A DNA stretch of 56,788 nucleotides, counting the filler, from Platydemus manokwari (lineage: Eukaryota): the NCBI GenBank assembly GCA_037951405.1. It is 5 parts of 5 records of this genome, joined end to end, with 100 filler letters (N's around TTAATTAATTAA, not from the genome) between each part and the next. Parts side by side here need not be neighbours in the genome. Positions count along the whole stretch, not along the records: positions 24,851 to 34,337 come from JBBMOY011242207.1; positions 34,438 to 45,763 come from JBBMOY010762203.1; 3 more parts are not named here. One strand, 5' to 3'. The notes under the pieces were generated by a model. That model made no database searches, was not told the origin of the DNA, and was given only the letters and a program-made list of their open reading frames with translations. Shown one piece after another: positions 24,851 through 37,400 of this stretch; position 1 is the stretch's first letter, and every line of letters starts with the position of its first letter. The position numbers and the translations under genes are program-made.

Positions 24851-25235
24851 AAGATAGCCATCTAGGCTACTTTTACTATTTCTGGCTTTCATGCGCTCTA
24901 AGCTGTCAATCATTGAAGGTGTTATATAATCTGAGTGATGAAAGCTTGACTGCTTGTTGCTGCTGTTCATGTCAGAATTCATTTTGAGGCCAGAAACAAA
25001 ATTATCTTCAGACAAATTATCTAAAAACTTGACTTCACTTCCTGTCAGATATTGTTGCAGTTCACCTAAACTAACAGAAGAGGAGGTAATCTCTGTGGGT
25101 AGGCCTGATCTTTCTAAACTTTCTTGTTTTAATAGTTTCAACTTTTCATCTATCTCCAGATCTGCCTTTTGTTCTTCACTCATTTGATGAACTGGAGAAT
25201 TAGATGACAATGGTTTGTAATTTGAAAAATGTTTT
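24851..25235 (-). CDS. Partial exon of unidentified host protein (Ser-rich, charged), cut by gap
   Basis: An open frame of more than 120 codons with protein-like composition (EEQKADLEIDEKLKLLKQESLERSGLP...) and raised GC. No domain recognised. Confidence 0.55.
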
Positions 25236-27992
25236 TCTTATAGTGAACGACTATAAAAATTTATTTGTAACCTTAATAAATTATTAATAAAATTTTATTT
25301 GTTTATCAAATCTTAGATAGCTTATTTGAGACTGATATTTAGAATTTTATATTTAGTAGAAATATATAAAAATTTAATATCGGACTCATGCTATTGTGGT
25401 TTGTTAATAACTAAAGTTATCAAGTCACAACCGAATACAAAATGCATAAATTTGAAAAATAAAAAATTAATTAAAAATACAAGTTTCAACGAAATCCTGA
25501 AAACACATGTAAACCAAAAAATTGGAGACACAGTATGTGAAACAATTCTCGATAAGAATGCTTACAGGCAATGACAACAGTGCAACCACCTGAGTAAATA
25601 TAAGTTAGTCAGAAATATCAATGCAAAGGAACATTTATAAAATTCTAACATTTTATTCAATAAAAATTTTTAGCAAACAATTACTACTTAATATTTTCTT
25701 TTTCTATTCATAAGACTTAAAATTTGAACGTAGAAAATGATGACGACACTAAATTTTTCAAATCAAATCACTGAAAAAATTTATTTATAATTTTTAAACA
25801 TATTTTAAACGTTAATTTAATTTGTTTACAAACCCTAACACCTACTTAGCAACCCTTGCAGTTTTAGCAAGATTTTTTGTTATTGTTTTACTTAGAACAT
25901 TCTTATTATCTATAAATTATTACATTGTTGATAAATAATTGGTATATTATTGTAGAATACTACCATAGACAGTATATTACTATCTCATGATATGTTGATA
26001 TAGAGATCTTTAAACGTATTTTTGCAAAGCCGTTCATATTCCGAATTTATATCAGTTATGAGTCACCTAACTTAATCTTCATACTAAGTTAGAAGTCCCT
26101 AAGGAAATAAATTAGTAATCATATAAAGTAATCTGTCATTAGCAGACTAAAAAATATTATAAATATTTATCCTCGTTTTCAGGAATATCATTGTTTTTAT
26201 CAGTGCTGTACTGAAAATATATATTATATTTGATATTTTGATTTCCAGATATACTAACCAAGTACATTCTAATGATGATTAACCGAAATTATAGTTTACA
26301 ACATAATAAAATATTATACTGGAGAAAGCATAGTAAGCCACGAAAATTATTCAAAATTGACAATAAGTAAAACTAAAACAGGTTTAATTCATGTTTAAAA
26401 CAATATATTTGCACATCAACATTGAGTCAAAAATTCCAGATAGTTTTAAGACAAGTAATGTTTATTAATCTAAATTAAATCTCCGTGACTATAATTTACA
26501 CAATCATTGTGGCCTTCTATCTTAAACAAAATTGCTAATTCAAATTACTAAAATTAATACAAGTTAATTAATTTTTTAATAATTTATTTTATATACCGAA
26601 ACTCTAAATTCACAATTAAATTCATCGTTATCTGAAAATTTAAAAAGTTAAATCTTGAGGCCTGAAAATGATTTTATATTCAAGAATATAAATGCCAATG
26701 TTAATTTTAATTTTTATCACGAGCGTGATCATCACCAAAAGTTAACATTGTTAAACGACCAAAATTACTTACAGATAATTATTAACCATATGAAAGAGCA
26801 ATTCTCAATAATTTATATTCATAGCTGAAAACCCGGAACAAAGCAGCTAACCATATTTTAATTTAGAATTAGAAAATAAGTAATCCCTGAGCTGCCAAAT
26901 ATAAAAATCATTATTTAAAATCAATTATTTAAAATATAAACTAGCAATAAGGACTCTAATTCACTGGATAAAGTCTTTGTATTGTTTGAGTCAGAATGTG
27001 TGTTATTTGGTCTTCTAAACAAATATTTACTTATTTAATTTTGATATTTTTGTGATATTTTTCTTGAAATAATATTAAAATAAAGTAATAACCGACAACT
27101 GCAAATATTGAATTATAGAAAATAATTTAGATACTGGATGTAAATATTTAACGTTTTCAAAACCATTCGCTAAACATAGAACTTAAATTCCAACACGTGT
27201 TGAGTTGCAAGCGATTTTATAGAAACACAATTCATACCGTAAAACAGAAACTATACATCCTCATTATATTAATATTAATGCGTTCATATAATTATGCCCG
27301 TATAATATGTTAATACCCCCCGGCATCAACTGTGACTCACTTTTAAGAATATTTTCATTTTTATTCCGATTTTTTGAAAAATATTTATAAGTCTAAGGAG
27401 AAAGTCAAGGATAAGTGAATCAATCTTAATGCCCAGCAATTCAAAATATGTATATAATTAAATAATTCATTTTGGATTTCCATGTCAAATTTAGATATCC
27501 AAATATGAACTGACATAATTTGATACAACCTCATTCATGAATTTAAATAGTTTAATGGTAAGAAAATGTACATTTTAGTAAAGTTTAAAATATTATTAAT
27601 TGTCCTACCGCTTCTTAAATCTTGGCAAAATTGTCCAGAGTAGTCCCAATGCAATACAACTGTTCTAGATTTAAAAAGAAATCTTATTTTATTACAGAAC
27701 GAATGTGAAAGAACTAGGAAGTTGTGATTCAATGGCATACGCTCTTGATTACTGTTTATGAAATAGGTAATACAAAACTTATTTAATAATCACAATGAAG
27801 AAGTCTTCTTACAAATAATTTGATTTTTACTCTAGATACGCGTCATTTGGGAATAGTAACTTTAGAGGATTATTATTGGATCCCCGTATAAACATACATA
27901 TATGTATAAATATAATATAATAATTAAACATAATAATTATAAATAAAAACATGATTATACATATTAAAAAGTTTTACAAAATAAAATTACGT

Positions 27993-28665
27993 TGTGGGCA
28001 ATAATAAAATAAAGCAGTAACCATGATTAATTCACGTTGCTATGGAAGCAAAGTAATTCGAATTTAAATTTAAAATTACCATGGCAACGTAGGAAATTAC
28101 TATAGTAAATGGAAAATGAATAATCCACGCAAACAACCACAACCTCAAACAGTATAAAAGAAAAAGTAATCAACACTTATTCGCACAAAACTTTATCCTT
28201 ATATTCGACGTTCAGCGTATTACGAAGTTTCAAATCATTTATAAACACTTTCTTATTTTGCCATTGTATGGAGTTCGCTCAAATTACGCATTCAGTTACT
28301 GGATCAATTCCAATTATCTGTTTGTTGTTTATTTCGGATATTTTGCATTATTCAACGTTCAAACAATGGTAATTACGATTATTATTATTATGCAAGTCAC
28401 TGATCTTCATCAATCTCCGTTAGTTTAATTAAGAATTATTAATTGCAATATTCACAAAGTCTGAATAGAATTTATTGGAGTTTTAAAATCATAATCTTTC
28501 ATAGTTTACACATCGAAATAGAGAGCCACTTAATACTCTCCGTCAATTTTGATTACTCTTGAGGTCACAATACTACTGCTTTTAAAATCAAGCATTGCAA
28601 ATTTATCAATTATTATTATAATCAATAAAAGTATTGTTCATTTTTATTTATATTAGTAGCACACA
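27993..28665 (+). mobile_element. Solo LTR candidate (~670 bp)
   Basis: Imperfect terminal inverted repeat TGTGGGCAATAATA / TATTAGTAGCACACA, TATAAAAG at 28153, and AATAAA at 28624 shortly before the CA end. TSD not convincing. Confidence 0.5.
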
Positions 28666-30479
28666 ACTAATTATCTGTTAGTTGTCAGATCCTTGGTGGA
28701 AACTTCAATAATCGGCTTCTAACCACTTAAAACCTATTAACGATTTGAATCATCGATAATACCTTGTTGATTTGTACCTATTAAAATCACCTAATTGAAT
28801 TCCATCAATACACATTACCTTGAGAAATTCAATAAAAATTCAAAATTAAAAAATCAGTCTTTAAATAAGATCCAATAATTCAGATAAATATCATAATATA
28901 TCAATGGTATGTTTTTATAAAACAATTTAATTTCTAATTTCATTTGTCAACTTTAATTTTTTACATTTGTAAACAACACAAATAAATCATATATTTTAAT
29001 ATATTAATTGTTTTTGAATTCAAAAAATTTGTAATTTTTTAAAATCTTGAGTAAAATGCCATTTAAAAACTGAAATGTTAAAATATTTTAGAAAATATTT
29101 TTAAAAAACAGCTTGCAATGTTAAACATACCGATTTTTGCATCATGCAAGTAGATGGGACTTGAAATTGGAAGTAAAATTTGCAAAGGTGCCCCTGTGAT
29201 ATATCAGATAGATTAGAACAAATTCGGAACATGTAAAGAACAAGCTTTTGGAATTGTGATAGAGAATACCGCGAGTATGGTAAATTACAATTAGCAAATT
29301 AAAAGGAATTTGCAAGTTCTTAGCACCTTGTACGAACAGTTCAAGAGATATTTTTTTGATGAAATCAACAGCAAATTTACTTCAATCGATATTAACCAAT
29401 GCAATTCATTACAAGTTTGTTGAATTTTCCTTATCCGTTTTTTATAATTGAGATAAAAACCTATAGATAAATATAACAATCTAAGTTTCTTGATATTTAA
29501 TACCAATTTAAAAAAATTTTAAAAAAATTTATAATCAAGAGAGCATTATAAGTGGGGTGATTCTACGATAAAATAAACCTTGAGTTAATAAGTTATCAAA
29601 TGCAAAATCTAATAAAATATGAAATCATTCGTGTTAAAAATGATTCATTATTAAACATATATTAAATTTGACGAGGCCATCCAAGTGAAGTAATTGATTA
29701 AAAATCTCGATATATTATTTATAATTATCTATAAGAAAAACTAAAATATCTTAAAGACACTCTATGATCTGTCAAGAATCAAAAATGTTGGCCTAATAAA
29801 ATACACCCCAAAATGAGTCAGAAATGAAATGTTTCATGAATTCCATAAAAATTAATAAAGCATTAACTAATATAAAAATACTTCACAATCATAAACACTA
29901 TTTAACTATAATGAATGATAATGTTTTATGATGCCTAAATGATAATTAATTATCATTACCAACAAAAATAAAAACATTATTTAATATCTTAAAATAATCT
30001 TAATTTATTACCATTATTACATTATAAATTTTACAATATTAAAAATTTCATTATAAACTAAAATCGTATGTATTACTACAGTAACTTTATTGCACAGTAA
30101 TAATAATTTAATTAATCAAATAAAGAATATACAAAATATAAATATTAAAATATTATAAAAGTAGTCTAACCAATATGGTTTGCATCAAAATATTATTTAT
30201 TCTAAAAGTATTATAAATTACATTAACAAAAACATGGCTGATTATTGGAAAGATATATAAACAAACATTCATTGTTGAATTGTAACATTTTTGTTATTAT
30301 GAAACTTATTAATTTTAGATAAAAATAAAAGTTTAAAATCAATAGTTAAAATTAATTTTTCACAAAATAATTTATATTTCATAAAATTAAGAATCGTAAT
30401 CATTCTATTTTGGTATTCATATCTCGGTTATATTTATATATAGAGTGCAAAGGATGTTGGTTTCATATTTAATAATTCC

Positions 30480-31020
30480 AATATTCTAGGTTGGAAAACA
30501 TTGTTTCAATATTTATCGAGGGATACGCTTTTTCAATATTCAGAAATGCTATTTGTAAGTTATCTTTTTTTCTTATAGTATAGCGAGTAAGAAAATGTGG
30601 AGCCACTTGAAGCTCCTAAACGTTTTTTGTATTTGGTAGAGGATGTTATTTACATCGATCTATTCCATCATATTTTTACGAAGTCGTGGTGTATGACTGA
30701 CCTCATTGGGGTAACATAATTATAATTCCAATGTTTAATACGTTTTAGGATAATGTCTGTATTGTATAATTTCCACTCATTTGATATTCTTCTTTGCTCC
30801 ACACATTTTGAGATTACTTTGACCAGAATTTCAGTGTGCGGTTCAGTACAGGGCATGTTTTTATAATTTCGCTAGATATGTTCCCTATAAAATCATTTTT
30901 TTGGATCGTATTTAATTATTTTATTCTTCGCAGTTTTGAAGTTCAACCTCATCTCTTCTTTATAAATCGGGGTTTTAGCTAAATCGCTCATTTATGGTGA
31001 ACTTATAATTTTCTTTCTCC
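30480..31020 (-). pseudogene. Non-LTR retrotransposon (LINE) RT remnant
   Basis: KCVEQRRISNEWK (LINE C....IP.EWK block) and QIAFLNIEKAYPSI (AFLD..KAFDSV block) occur in the expected order. Heavily decayed. Confidence 0.7.
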
Positions 31021-31559
31021 AAATTTTTTACTTTATCAGTAGTTAGATTCTATATTTATTGCAACTATTTCATAGGCTTATGGAGAGTTTAAAAAACCTT
31101 AACTGAATACCTGTTAGTTTTATAATATGTTTCTTGTCTTCTCGGATATAGTTTACCTGCAATAAATGAGATTAAAAAGTATCAATGAATATTGATGGGA
31201 AAAATTATAGCATGTCAGATTATACGTGCATATATTACTGACATGATGAGATAAATGTAAATATTTGATAGTATATAATGTGTGTTGTCTTCTCGAGGTA
31301 GAAACACTTATATTCGAGGCTATAACAGCAGCTCAATATAACCATTATGCCGGTACTACCTTTATCAACTATATGTTGTAAATTATTCTTATAACAAAAA
31401 TTCATGGTTTTTACTTTGTACCTTTATTCTAAAATTCTGGATGCATTATTTGATTTGTTGGAGTCTCAACCGAACAAAATAAATCACCACAAATAAATAA
31501 CAAATCACAAACCCCTTAATCTATGTACATAAGAGCTGATCAAACCCTATAAAATATGA

Positions 31560-32596
31560 CTATGTGCTGATCTCCTGCGCGATGTGGACTTTTCTTCTAA
31601 CCACAGAAAACAATAAACAACAATCAAACAATCCAAACAGTTGATGCCGATGCCAATGTGCTTAACATTATTTTATTAACATTGTTTTGTATTATCCTGT
31701 GCGGTGTGCACAGTAAACATTGCATGTTGTTGTTTATAATTTAACTCAAAAAATATTCCATATTTATTGATATTTATATTGGCATTGATGTTTGTTATTT
31801 ATTTCTAAAAAATTGTCTGTCATATGAAAGGTTTTATTATTATGTAAAGGCAGAGAGTTAGAAGAGGAATTGCGGCTAGTAATAAGTAGTAAATATAAAA
31901 AAATCAAGCAATTTAAAATAAATATTGTGATTCCTATAGATAACAGTGTCCACAATTATTGCATGTACAATTCACAATTCAGAATGTACAATAATAGCTG
32001 ATATCAAGAACATATTAAAACCAGGATTACATTACATCAGATGAAAGAACATCACATGTCTAGAATCATAAAAATTTAACATGCTTGATATTCTGCAAGT
32101 TATAACAAAGATAATTAACATAATCTTACTTATACATTGGAAAAATACATACATTTGGCTACAAATTTTCTAAACACCTCGAATCTTTTCCACATATTTT
32201 AGTTCTATATCTACTGGTAAGCAGACCTTGAAATTCACAAGTTACCATTGTCCCATGTTGAGTTGTATTCATGTTGTTTATATTCTCCACTGATAGTACT
32301 GAAGGGGTACCAATTTAATTTATCATAAACTCGTTTGGCGAAATGTGTTGATTGATGAGTATATACTATCAAGTGTTCCACTGGATGATATTTCTTATTG
32401 GCTTGTACTCATTGATAGTATATTATTCCTAACATTGACTCCAAAATCTGCCCAAGTCTTAAATGGATTTGGGATATCCATAGCGCAATTAGATTTCTCT
32501 TTAGCCACCTCATCGAAATATATGCAGGTATTTATACCTTCACATTATTTATACCATATGTAACAGAAAGATAATAGCACTAAACAACGAATGCAT
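31560..32596 (-). pseudogene. Possible decayed Cys-rich secreted/type-I membrane protein gene
   Basis: Fragmented frames give a signal-like MHSLFSAIIFLLH, Cys-rich pieces (TCEFQG..KICGKDSRC; CNPGF; NCTCNNCGHC) and a hydrophobic LSTLASASTVWIV.LLFIVFCG segment. Many stops. Confidence 0.25.
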
Positions 32597-32956
32597 AAAT
32601 CTAAACCAGGAACATCAAGATATGAATATAAAAGGAATTATTACAAAAGTGTCTTAACAGGGTTCTTCATATAGTTTGATGGGGGTTTATTCATCATACG
32701 TCTCTTTAAATTTCGGTACTCAAATTTTGTCGATTTGGTTCTGTGTGATTCTTTCAAATTTAGATCATATTAAAATTTTAATGAAATCATAAGTGTTTGC
32801 ATTGTAATTCTGAAATCGATTCCTATAGATAACAGTGTCCATAATTATTGCTTGTACAATTCACAATTCAGAATGTACAATAATAGCTGATATCAAGAAC
32901 ATATTAAAACCAGGATTACATTACATCAGATGAAAGAACATCACATGTCTAGAATC
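31929..32956 (+). repeat. Direct duplication of 139 bp (31929-32067 and 32818-32956)
   Basis: The two copies differ at 2 positions; offset 889 bp. Confidence 0.95.
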
Positions 32957-34337
32957 GGGAATTTTTATATGCTTAGTGTTACGGTGTTCAAACTGAAGAA
33001 TCCAAACATTGATTAATTTTTATAAATATTATTTTTATAAAATCATCAACGATTAATATAAATGGATGTTCTCTACATTTATCAAGCGAAGTTCAAATAT
33101 CTTAAGTACTCTTTTAACTCTCCTGTGGAGCTTATTAACGAAATCTTCCAGAAGTTGTGACAAAACTCTTACGTTTCGTGTATAATTATGCTACAAATTA
33201 GCATTGTAATATTTGTGTTTTCATTATATTTAAAAATGAACTTCTTTGTATCGACATTTGGTTTTCAAATTACAACAAAGCGACCTAAGTTGTCATTCCA
33301 TTTGGATAAAAAGTTTTATTATTGTTGTCATTGAACCACCTTTTTGGTAAGTGTAAAATGTGATTAAACTTCATTATTAACGAGATTGATAAATCTACAT
33401 TTGATTCGATACTAATTTTAAACACAATTACAATAAGAAAATTTTGGAAAGTATTAACCGATAATATACATGTATGATTAAAGTTAGTTCATTATCCGAC
33501 ACATTTCACTTTGTCTTCACACATGCGATTGAACGATCGAGGCGAAGAAAGATAAAAAAAAAATAAGTTTAGTTACTGTCCGTGGATCATTATAACTCTA
33601 AAGACTGATATAAGCCGTAGGTGGTGTTAAGAAATGAAATCAATTCAGCAAAATATTTAAACAAAATATGATACCAATTGATCCCAAAAGTAACATATAA
33701 AAATGGTAGTCATTAAAACCTCTATTTATATGGCTAAGATTTTATTCATATGGTATTCACATTTTGTATACAATATGCACATTTTGATAACCAATCCTGT
33801 GTTCGAGATTGTCTTTTTATTTTGATTCTTTATCCACGAGTGTTTAATTATATTATATTCTTCTTTCTCTGTTTTCTTTTTGTATTTAGGTTCTGAATCT
33901 GTTGGTAAATTTTATTTTTACTTTTAAATTGCTTCTGATTTTGATCCTAATGAATTAAAATCTCTTAAAGAGGTTGTTTTTCAAGACTGAAACTTAGATA
34001 TTATTAGTGTGAGACTCCAGGAACTTTAACGGTCAGAGTATCAGTTTTATTAATCATTCGTGTAGCATTGATTATATACCAGTTTCTAGTTAGTTCTTAA
34101 TCACGAAGAGCCAAAACATTTGAAAGAAGTTTTTTGATTTTTTAATAATAATAATTTTAAAGTGCTCTTCTCAGTTTAATGAAGACAAAGATATTTTAAA
34201 AACAAATATTAAAATATTTATCTTTAAATAACTGGAATTAAAATGTTACAAATCTACAAAACTACTTCATATGTTTTAATGAATTAAATATTTAAATATC
34301 AGAGCTTGCTTAATAATTCTTTTTATCAAAAATCAAC

Positions 34338-34437
34338 NNNNNNNNNNNNNNNNNNNNNNNNNNNNNNNNNNNNNNNNNNNNTTAATTAATTAANNNNNNN
34401 NNNNNNNNNNNNNNNNNNNNNNNNNNNNNNNNNNNNN
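34338..34437. other. Assembly gap with TTAATTAATTAA linker
   Basis: N-run with artificial linker. Confidence 0.98.
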
Positions 34438-37400
34438 TTGATCTATCTTTAAGAATATACTATGTTCAATATTTACTACTATTATTGACGGTATATTTTT
34501 CATTCACATGAAATATAGCCAATATTCTTTTGATCAAACCCAATCTGAATGACAAAACCAATCGAAATATTTTTATAAAATTATATAATCATAGTTTCCT
34601 GATCAATATTTATAAAAATATTTCCGTTATCTAATTTTGGTTATTTGGCTTATGTATGCACATCAAGCTTATGCACAATAATAGTATAATATTCCCGTTG
34701 AAGAAATCATTATGATTATCATTATAACAATTATTAAATTATTATTTTTCTGAAAGGTCTTATTGTATAGGCTCTTGATTAATTCACTTTATTTCTAATG
34801 GTTTATTTTAATATTTGATGTTAAATAATAATTCTTGTCACTGGCTTTTTATTGATATCATTGAGAAATTGTATAATTCTATGGCGCTTATTGTAGGGAA
34901 TTTTATTTCTATAGCCTAAAACCTCAGGCTATTTGGTGTAAAAACCATTGATTTGAATTTTAAAAGCAAGACTTATGTTTCCTTTGGAGAAGACATTATT
35001 TATCAATATAGCAATAATCAATTTGGCGAATGTATTCTGAAGCGTATTGTCTTCATCGATTGTATCGAATAAAATCTGTAATGTGCCATGGTCGTATGTG
35101 TTGAGTAAAGATGAAATCACAAAAAATAAAATGATTTTGTACCATGAAACCCTTATTTCGACATTCTAATCATATGCATACCTGCATAACCATACATTCA
35201 CAGCAACCTGCCAATCAGAGAGGACTTAAATTGAAGATTCTAATTCGAAAAATTGAAATAACCACACAGTATCACACGCATATAAATTAAAGATTCCGGA
35301 ACAAAGAAAATCGATACATTCAATTGAGACTTGAGAAACAAAATATCTAATCAAAACGTGATACACAAATTACACACAAATCTCAAGTATAACTACTGAC
35401 CTAAAGATGGCCAACTACCATTTGTAATCAGAGTCTGTTTGAATTTGATTGGTGAAGTGCTTTTGATGATTTCTGGAGTTGGCGATTAGTATGATTCAGT
35501 GAAATACAGTTTTGCACCCTTAAATCTTGCGAACCCAATATATGTGACTGAGAACCTACGTTGTTATAGAGGAGATGTATATAGAGAAAAGTTTCAGATC
35601 CAAATAATTGAAGAAATGGCTATTCGTAATAGATTCTTATTATGCTTTTTGTTGTGCTTATTATTTAAATGTTTATGCTTTATACTAGGTTCTTAGCTGC
35701 GCTTTGAAGCCATGCTTTAATTTTTTGTTATTTTAATATCATATGCTGCAATTCACCAATGCTTTTGATATGCGGTTGATGGAGTGATCTTATTTTAATC
35801 TCCTGTCTCCAGCTTCGAAATACAAACACGTTTTTGTTTATTTGTCATACCAATTTATGGTTTCTATAAATCATTGAGGATTTTGAGGTTATTGAGCTGA
35901 AATAAGATTGATTTTTATTGAGATCAAATTACATGTGATTATTAGGATTGTTTAGGTGATTCTTTGACATGGAATAGGTAATATATCTAATTATAATATA
36001 TATATATATATATAAGTATTTTAATATGAATTGAATTTTAGTCTGTTCTGATTAAGATGACTTTAATGACTTGATTCTTTGTTTGACTTTAAGAATTATC
36101 TTCTCGCTGAAAAATTAACGAACTTTAGAATGGTCATTTCAAATGGAATACTCAATGAAAAATACGAAAGATTGTTCATTATTGTATGGACATCAAATAA
36201 ACCAACTAGTTGGAATACAATAATATTTTATTTATTTGGAATAAACTTAGATTCTGATTCGAATCTGTCATCCATGTCACTTATCGCAGCTTAATTAACA
36301 ACTTATCAGTCAAAATTTACAGAAGGTACACCAGTGCAGTTGTAAGAGAAATAAATCGAGATTACATAATCATGTTATTAATAAATCAGAAATCCAACAA
36401 TAAATGACTCGAATATTTAGAAGACAATCTAAACATAGAAAGTCTCTCTAAATGAGTAACTGAATTACTCATTATTTCATTTCCTTTAAAAAGGAAACAT
36501 CAACAGTTAGTTAAAATTCTTTGTATATTATAAATGTGTTTTGATGTGTTGTAATTTAATACTTTTAAATTGGTCTAGAAATTCTAATATTTTGGACAAG
36601 TTAGTGACTGTCAGAAAACTCGAATGGTCGGTGATCCGACTTCTTATGTTATTAGCGGTTTGGGACTGAGAAGTATAAAAAATATATTTATATTACAAAT
36701 AAAATAAATTCGTTGACTAATTCGCAGAAGTGTCGAGCTCTGATTAACAGTTATAAAAATGAACACATGCTCAATTGTCCTAATGTACCGTAGAAATTCA
36801 TTCATGTAAAATTCCATTTAAATTAACTTTAGAAAATTTTACTTTTTTTTATTGTACAAAAAACAAGAATATTAGGTTTAAAACGGTTAACTTTATTGCC
36901 GTTGAATTTAAATTTTTCCTCATAATTACAAAGCATCACAACAAGTACTTGTTTCGTTTAAAAATTTTGGTCCAGACTCATTATGTAAACCATAATTATT
37001 TATCCAATATTAAATAATATCTTATTACAGAAATGATGTCATTTAATTTTTATTTATCGATATTATTGATCACACATGATTATATTGAAACTCTTTTCGC
37101 AGTATATCCAGTTGGTAAATTGTATTTTTATAATTTTATTTGTTTATTTATTTTCTAGTGAGTCATATTTAAAGACAGACGATTTACCGATGTTAGTTTG
37201 GACATTTTTTGGATTTTTATTTGAACCATGGTGAGTTATATCTTATGTTATCATTTATAATAGAATCTATTATGGGCAGATAATAAGATCAGTTTGAATC
37301 ATCGACAAAAAAAATCATCGACATATGAACACGTTAATCTTCACAATACAAAATAACAATTAATCTATCTATTGAAATATCTCTACTCATTGAATTTGAC

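Noticed and set aside
29130-29480. QVDGT / FGIVIENTASM resembling hAT transposase catalytic blocks
   Set aside because: Too short and degenerate; no TIRs found.
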